Shown here piece after piece: positions 28,404 to 37,500 of a stretch of 64,000 nucleotides of DNA. Origin of the DNA: Monocercomonoides exilis PA203 (lineage: Eukaryota; Protista; Preaxostyla). The notes under the pieces were generated by a model that saw nothing but the letters and a program-made list of their open reading frames with translations, was not told the DNA's origin and did not search any database. The DNA is taken from contig LSRY02000013.1 in the NCBI GenBank assembly GCA_001643675.2, positions 496,001 through 560,000 of the forward strand, written 5' to 3'. The position numbers and the translations under genes are program-made. The first letter of the stretch is position 1. The number at the start of each line of letters is the position of its first letter.

Positions 28404-28517
28404 TTTTATTTTAAATAAACGAAACTTTTTTGTTATGGATAGATCTTATATTTAAACAATTTCAAATTCAATTTTTGGATTAAGAAAGAAAAATCATTTG
28501 TGCACTCATTGTTACTT

Positions 28518-31500
28518 ATGCTATGTCAAATTCATTCATCTGTTTCTGATGAGTTGCACGAATGTCAAACTTGTGTTTCTCATGGAAGACTTTCTGTTCC
28601 ATTTTCTGCAACACACACCACTGTTCAACTTCCTGGTGAAGAAATGCTCCATCATCCATTTTGCATTGAATGTTTGGAGTCCTTTGAAATTTTTCTGATT
28701 GAAAAAGGAATTGATGCATTTGACAATAAGTTGATGATGGATACTGTTTTTAAAACATGTGAATTCCCAAAATGGAAAGGATTTTTTCCACGAGGGTTTT
28801 CATGTCTTTCAAAGATAATTCATTGCATCAAGCAGTATTTGGATTGTTCTGAAAATCATAACTTACAAGAAAAAAGTGATTTTCTTTTTTCAATTAATTG
28901 TCGATCGTTACATGCTTGTATTCATTTGATGGGATTTTCTGGAGTTCACTTAACTGAGATTATGAAAGTTTATCTCATCGCTTTGGCAAATGATCTGCTA
29001 TTTCGATCGATGCCTTTGAAATCTAATGAAGAATCGTCTTCTGATCTTATTACAATGATATTCCAAACGCTAAACAAAATAAAAGTTGAACATGACGGAA
29101 TTCAATGTGAATGGAACAAACAAGAGGAGACAAAAGGAACAATGAGATTTTCACCCGAGAAGGATCAAGTTCTTTTATCAATCATCTCTTCTCTTTATTC
29201 ACGGATAAGCGCGCTGCTCCGTCTTCTTGCTCATTTTCCTGCTTCAGTCATTCAAAAAAGCAAAGATGTTTATCGTTATATGTTCTCTTCTTCTGAGCTG
29301 TCTGCGGATTACACGTGGATTGCAGCATCTCCTCTTTTGTGGTTCTGGGGAGGCAATGAATTCTCCTCTCTTCTGATGGCAAATCTTCCTCAGTCTGAAA
29401 TAGGGGAACTCAGTGAATTGATGGCATCTTCATCGGCGCTTCGGAAGACAACGAGCCCATATATATCATTAGATTCGGTATCTGAATCAGCTTCTTCTTC
29501 ATCTTCTTTTTCTTCAAGTACATCTCGGACAAAATTACTGAAAGAAAAGTCAAATATAATTGAACAGAAGACACTCAACGAATCTTCTAGCAATTCTATT
29601 CTATTTGTGTTGACATCATCTCATATTGGTGAAGAAGCCATCCAGCGGTTCTATGACGTGTCTCGGGCTTTGATGAAATCACAAGAAATTGTGATGCATG
29701 GATGGAGAGTGGACACATGCTTCAGCGAAATAATAAACCATTCGGAAAAGTCTGTTCAAAATGCACAAAAATCTGATGATCTGCAAATGAAAGGAGAGAA
29801 TCAAAAGCAAATTGATGATCTTGAAAAAAGCTCAATGGAAGAAGGAAGCCTTGAAGAAGATGAAGAAAAAGGCAAATTCAGAAAGATGTTGAAGGATTCA
29901 CTGGTTTATCTTTCGAATCTTGACATGCGCACAGTTATATCTTATCTACAAAATCTTCTATTTCTTAACAGTTATCTGTCCAGGTTGCCTTCAAAGACTG
30001 AACAAAAGCCTGTTCTCTTTCCAGAAGCCGACCAACTTCAGCCACCTTTTGCACCACTCGTCTCACTCATTACACCTCCAATGCTGTCTTCTCTTGTCTC
30101 TAGCTTTGTTGCTGTGATTGTTCGTCTTGCTGTGTCTCGTCTGCATCGTCTGGCATACATGGCTCTCTTAAACGATCTTATTGCCCGCGACAGACGTGGC
30201 GAACGCGACAGCAGCTTTGACAGATCGTTTTCTAGTTCGTTTCGCGAGAGAAGATATCCTTTTTCTTCAGGTATTGCTGAATGGATTCCGTCAAACTCTC
30301 TTTCGCTCGCGTCTCCTATTTGCGACACATCAGAATTTTCTTCTTCTGCACCTTGGCCTTCTTCCTCCTCCTCCTCGTCATCGTCTTCCGCGTCATCATC
30401 CTTATCATCTTCTTCTTCTGAACAAACCAAAAATCAGCGTAAATTGACATCGATGGAACAAATGGTTATTTCTCCAACAGCAAAATTCTCTCTTTCCGCG
30501 CTGACGACAAAGCTCAGTGAAAGCTTTCAAGCGTCTTCTTCGTTTTCTGCGTTAGTCAGCCTTTTGTCATCTGCTGATCCGCAACTATACACAACCTCGC
30601 TCCAAACTCTCACTGACATCCGCACACAGAAACTGCGACTGTGGCATTTAGCATCGCCACGACCTTCTGATAAGAACAGCAGCTTGGAGCATACGCAGAA
30701 TATCAGTCAAAGAACAGCAGAAGAGAATATAGCTTCAGAATTTTATCCAGCGTTTGCTGTCCCTTTGCCGATCTATCAGCTCATTGGACGAATCGTGCTG
30801 GAACCTTCAGTTGTATTCGAAGTGCTTCATTTATTTACTCGCAATGAATCTTCGTTTGCATCAGACACTACAGCAACAACTTCTTCTTCTTCTTCTTCAT
30901 TACAACTGCAGTCTCAGCCTTCTGCTTTGTCGTTTTCTCTGATCATCTCTTCATTATTTGCTGTGAATGCTGCAATTCCATCTATCCTCCTTTCTTCTGT
31001 CTTCACCACATTTCAGCTGTATGTTCTCGACTCCAAAACAAGCACCATCTTTTCGAAGGCGCTCATTCCTTATTTTCCACATGATGCTCCAGCATCACTG
31101 TTCAGACTCAGATTCCACAGGAGTTATTCCATCCGAAAGCTCTTTTCGCAGCTTCTGAAAGGAGAGAAAGAAGGAGAAAAGCAGAACAGTTCGACACTCC
31201 GCAGCTTTTTGAATGGCACCGTTGTTGATGAAGGAAAACGAAGAATTTTGAAAAAAGAGCCGACGATTGGAGACAAAGAGCCAATTGAGTTGCTCAAAGA
31301 AGTGATCGAAGGAGGAATCACAGATGATGAAAAAAGAACAATATTATCTTGGTTTGAGCTCCTTAGCATCGTCTCTGACAGAAATGATGGTGATAAATCG
31401 ATGAGGTGGTGCATCAAGCCAACACTGGATGTGCTGTTATCTTTTCTTCCTTTTCTCACAAACTCACGAAAGTCGGTTCAATACTTGGCCAATTTTATTC

Positions 31501-34500
31501 TTTCTCTTATTTTGTTTCATCCTCGCTGCTTCACTTCGCAAACTTCTGTGCTTTCTCCGTCTGAATATCCTTCACAGTGGATCGTTCCTTGGCTTCAACG
31601 GAATAATCCTTCTGAAGAAAAGGACGATGATGAAGAGGAAAGCGATTCAGAGCATGATCCAAAAGGGCAAAAGAGAACTCTTCTGCAAAATTCATCTGAA
31701 AGTAAGTATAGAATAAAATATCTTCTGTCTTCTTCATTTCCCAGAGATGCTATTAACATTCTCAAAGGAAATGTCGATTCATCTGAAATCAACAATTCTG
31801 AAGAATTTGCGAATCCTTCTCTTCTTATTTCCACTCAACCAATCGACTCAAACCTCACACTGTTTGAACTGCCCAAACCGAACGACATCCAAATTGCTTC
31901 TTTTGAAAAAAGCGACCAAAACAATGAAAAATCAATTACTCAGTCTTTCCAGTCATTTCAAGATATCTTTTCGTCTCTGCTTCTTTCATTCCCCATTTCA
32001 AGATCTCGATCAATTCATTTAAGCACTTCTTCCTTTTTCCCTGGTATCGAATCTTCTGAGGCATCTGAGGAATTGTTGATCATCCCTTGTTCCATTTCAT
32101 ATTCCTTCTCTTCAACACATCACCTCATCTCACGCTGTGAAAAGTCACTTTCGGCAATTCTTAATATTTTACAACAGAATCCACAAGCTTCACCTTCAAC
32201 TCCTTCACATTCATCTGCTTCAGCTTCGTCATCGTCTTCTTCTTCTTCTTCTTCTTCACTTCATTACGCTCAACTTGATGATCAGAACATTAAAAGCATT
32301 GTTGCAAATATGAAGACGTTGAACGATAACATTCCACTTCTCCATCTCACATTCACTTCATCGCTTTCTTCTCTTTCTGAAGCCCTCAATCTCATTCTTG
32401 AGCCTTTAGAAATGCCAAACTTAAGTAATGATGGAAACTCTGATTCAAATAAGCCGAAAGCAATAGCATCATGTCTCTGTCTGCAAATCGCTTCATTGTG
32501 GAAAATACTCACCTCACGGAATGATATGCAACGTTTAATGAAAGCAATGTTTCCAATCATTTCACCTGAAGAAATCATCACACCATTATCTTGCCACATT
32601 CACTCCTTTTTGATTGATGTTCTTGATTGTGTCACATCTCTTAACATCACTTCAACAAACTTGGAGACTCATCAAAATGAATCTTCAGTTAATGCATCTT
32701 CTGTTAGCAATCAAAATGTGCAGACACAAATACTTGTAAAGCAAGTCACTTCAGTTCTTTTCTTGCTTTCTCTCTCTTTCAGGCAAATTCTTATTTCTTC
32801 ACCTTTTTCAATAAACTCTCAATTAAAAGCAAGTGATCCGAAGAAGAAAAGCAATGAATGCAACTTCTCATTTTCTATTCAATTATTCTATTCTTGGCTG
32901 AACTGCTTGGAGCAGCTGCAACGCACATGGAATCTGTTCAATTTTGATGTTTCAGATGAAACACAGACACAAAAATCCGTTCTCTCTCCGATGAATATTT
33001 TCTTCATGTTCTTATCCCCTCTTTCTGAACAAGATGTTTTAAACGTTGCATCATTCGTTGATGGTTCTGCAAGTTCTGCATCTGAGTCTTGCTCTCGTTT
33101 TTTGTCGCGTCTAATTTCAGCTTCCAAACAGAAGAATAATTTCGAGTCAGATGAGGCACTCAAAGCAGAATCCAAAGAACTGAAGCACACTTTGATTGGA
33201 AATCTTTTGTGCATTCTCTTTCTTTGCATCGACTTGTGCAATCCTCTTCAATGCGGAAAAGTTTCTTCTTCAACTGAATTGCTTATGGATCATTTGAATT
33301 GCTCATGGTGTGTGCAGAGTGATCACTCGATATATCCTAATCGCATTGATTGGTGGGGTATTGCTCCATTTTGTTCAACGTCACAATCTCTTTTGAGTAC
33401 TAAAACAGCAACTTCTTCAATTTCTTCTTCTTCTCAAACAGGCAAGCAAAAGCCAAATGAAGCTCTGCTCAGCAATAATCCTCCTCTTTCTCTTCAACAA
33501 GTTCTTGGAACCTCACACATTGTTGTAGGAAGAGATGCTCCATCACTAATTGATGCGCAAACATTCATCGGGGACGAGTTCCATTTGCCTCGCACAGAAA
33601 AGGCAGAAGCACCAACACAGCTGCTCACATATCAGTTAATCAGGATAAGAGACAAGATTGAGCACGAAGACGATCTTCCTTCTGCTGATATGGCTGTACG
33701 AATGCCATGGCTGATTTTCCCCCTTTCACAGCCTCTGACTGACTTGAGTGACAATCATTTGATGGATGATCAATATGAGGACAATCCTGATCCAATGCAG
33801 CCACTCTTGTTGCATCCCTTTTCAGACAGCATTGTTTTGTGGAACAGCTTTCCTTTGCCATCACATCATCGTAGCTCATTGTGCAAAGAAACATCTTATA
33901 TTCCTTTAGGACCAACAGCATCATCTGTTTATCTGCTGCGCATCTTGGCATTGCATGCTCTTTCCTCTGTTGTGCAGTTAATTGAAAGCGAAAAATCGTT
34001 CAATCAGCAAAAGGATTCTAATTTACCATTTGAAAGTGATATGAAGCAAAAAATGAAATATCATGGTAAAGTTTTAGAGGAAGGAAAATCGGATGAAAAA
34101 GGAGAGATTGTTGAAGTCTTAAGCTACTCTTCTGCTCTTTCACTTGTAAAATATTTCAGACAGACAATCTTCTCGGCATTCCAACAATATGTCCCAACTA
34201 TGTTTCAGATGATGATGGAGCTTTCTGCATCTCAGTCAAATCAGATTCCAACTGACGCAAACTTATTACTGTCACACTCTTTTGATACGATGCATCGAGG
34301 TGCATCTGAAGAGTCTGCATATGGACTCGATAGGTATTTCCTCGCAAAGAAGGGTACACAATGGACAAATGGAATTGTGGTTTGCCTTCCATCGACAAAA
34401 GAGGAGTTAAGTGCTCTTCAATTGAAGGACTTTATTTATCATTCCAACGAATCTCCTCTCATTCATAGCCACAATCACATTGGTCTTTCGTTCGCATCAT

Positions 34501-37500
34501 TGTGCTTTGCGGTGAATCTGTCAGAAACTGAGTGGCGTCCCTTCCCTGGTTTACGCTCTTTTCGTTGGAAATCTCCTTTACTGATAGAAACTCACAGTCT
34601 TCTTCTTCTTTCTGTTCTGATTGAGAAATGGAGTGAAATGTTCAGGGTGATAATTTATAAAGAAAACGAAAATATTTTGCAAGCTCAAGCTGAAAACAAA
34701 TTTGTGAACAAGACAGTTAAAGGAATCAGAGAAATGTTTCAAATGTACTCAGAAAGTGAAAGCGAAGAGGTCTTAAGCCTTCCACAAACGCCAGTAAAGC
34801 ATCCGAATCATGAGCAGTTAAATACAAAAAGCCCAGAACAAAGCAACAGTTGGTCTTTTATTACATCAACTGCAACAGATGAAGAAAGCGATGACGTTCC
34901 TGTTCAACTTTATGATATTCAACCAGCCAAAGATAATGCTGTTTTGAATATTCAAAATAACTCTAAATCTTCGAATGAGCATAATTCGCTGTTTGCAGAA
35001 TTTCTTACGTGGGTCAGCGAAGAAGTGTTGCTTAGAGGCGATGATGAAGAGATGCCGGCACACGGTCCATGCAACTGCGTTTGCGGATGCTATGGATGGA
35101 ATGAATTATGGACTGAAATGCTGTGGAAAAGACATGCAAAGGGAACTCCTTACTGCGAATCAGCTGACTTTGATAACTCCACATTTGGAAATCCAGACGG
35201 ACTGATTGCGCGAATAGTCAACAGGCTGAATGATCCAATAAATGAAACTCAGAACACTTTTTCTCTTTTTGAAGCTGTGAGAAAGACAACTCATCCTCTC
35301 TCGTCGATGCACGGGATCATACCAACTGTAGACTTTAGTGAGTTTAATGCAGAAATAACAAGCCAGTTAAGCCAGAGTTCGAGTTTATGTGCTGTTCATC
35401 TTCCTTCCTGGTCGGATGACACAATGGGAAAAGTTCATCCATCGTGGGGTTATGTGCCTATTGGATGGCGATTAATATATCTTGCATTAACTTTCCTTGT
35501 ACCTCAAACATGGAAAGAGGGCGATGGAATAAACAGAGCCAATTGTATTTGCAATTGTGAAGAGTCATTAACTCCTCAAAAGCCTGATGAGTCTATTGAC
35601 TGTCCTTTATCGTCTCTGTTTGATGTTCTTGCAGGTCAGGCAACGTTTTTGATAAGTCGCTGGCTAAATTCATCGGGCTTTCAGCAATCCTCGAAACATC
35701 AGCAAAATCTCAGTGATTGTTGTTCTCTTTGCTTTGATTCTGTTGTTGAAGCTTTGAGAGCACTATCTCAGTTCCCTCTGTGTATTATTCATCAAATCTC
35801 CAACAAGCAATCTTTAAGACCAGTGGGAAAAGAGGCAGTTCAACCGCCCGCGCAAAACAACCAGGCGAATGAACTTCTACCACTTGAAGATTCCATTGAT
35901 CTTGATCTTTCACTCACTTTGGACGGCACACAAGAGATCGCATTGGATCAAGCAAAGACTGAATGGGAAGAAGACATCGACTTTCAATCAGAATCATCGC
36001 CTGTTAAACAGCCTGTAATCAACGAAATTAAAGAAAAACAAGTCACATTTTCTCTGCTCAAGCGATTTACAGCACCCACACGAACAACTTCAGCGTTAGA
36101 GGGGAACACTGACCATACTGTACCCCCTTTGCTCGAACTTCTTCCTGTTCTGTTGAATCGCCTGTCATCGCCTTCGTCAAATAGCATTTGCATGCTAAAG
36201 CCTTATCATTGGTTTGCTGCGCCGCCTAAATGCTTGATGAGCTTTACTCGTCCTGTGTTGGATCTTTCGAGCACTTCTTCAATGGGCATATGGAAGCAAA
36301 CGGTCGTTTCATTGTCTTCTCCTGTTCTTCATTCATGTGTTCACTTGCTGTTGCATTTTGCACTTGACACAGAGATTATCAAAGATTTGAATACATCAAT
36401 TCTTCGCTTTTCACTTTTTGATCCAATTCTATCTTTAACAATAGACACGTCGAAGGTTATTCATATGTTGTGCAACGCATTGAAATCGAGAAATTCACTT
36501 GAAAACGAAAAGAACGAACTATCAAGTCCTTTTATGAGGCAATTCTTCCAAATGTTGCTGACAAGCATTGCGCCTATCTTTCTGCTATCACGACTTCTTT
36601 GCATCATCTATCGCGTTTATCAAAATGAAGTGCCTGTTTCGTCTTTCTTGTCGCCTTTGCTCCCTCCTTCAACAACTACAGCAAGGTTCTTTGTGAATGC
36701 AACAAAAATGTTTCTATTTGTTATCGACAATCTGAACAATATTTTGATGGAATTGTCAGAAACAGATGAAGACGATGAAAATGAGTCAAGCAAGCTTCAA
36801 ACGGATGATAAAGGTTCTGTCATGGATCATAAAACGAAAGTTAATAACATTGTGGAATGGCAAAGTTCAATCACTCTTTTACTGTCGTTTTGCTACGCCA
36901 GTCTGCATTCTCTTGTCAACACGATCAGACAAATTGCTCCATTTTGTGGTGAGATTATCATTCCATATTTATTTTCGTTACCGTCAAACTCGCGAACTGC
37001 TGAAAATTCAGAAAGTTCAGAAATGAAAGTGGATGATAATGTTTTGTCGACACCATTTCTTCCGTTGGCTCTTTCATTTATATGCAATCGGCAGTCACCG
37101 CGTCCTCTTCGGCTGCTTTTTGCGCAGATGCTCACAGCGTCGGCTTCGATGCTTCCGCAAGTAAGCTCTGAAACTCAAGTTGCACGCAAAGAATCAATTC
37201 GTTCCACCAATAATGGAATGCTATTGAATGCTTTGGATGATAAAGAATGTGCGCTTTCAATGGTTGTATATGATGATGAGTCTGAAAATGCTGCGGAAAG
37301 AAAGATGTCTGTTGGCGAAGCACTGATGCGTTCAATTATCACATTACTACCGATTGTGATTGTCAAGAACGATAAAATACACGACTCAGAAGCTGTTGCA
37401 TCTCCTTCCATTTCGCTTTCTCGAATTCTAGTTCAATCCAAAGAAAGTTTATCAATCAAACATTTATTCCAGCCAATTCCTTCAATTCCTTTTGAAGTTG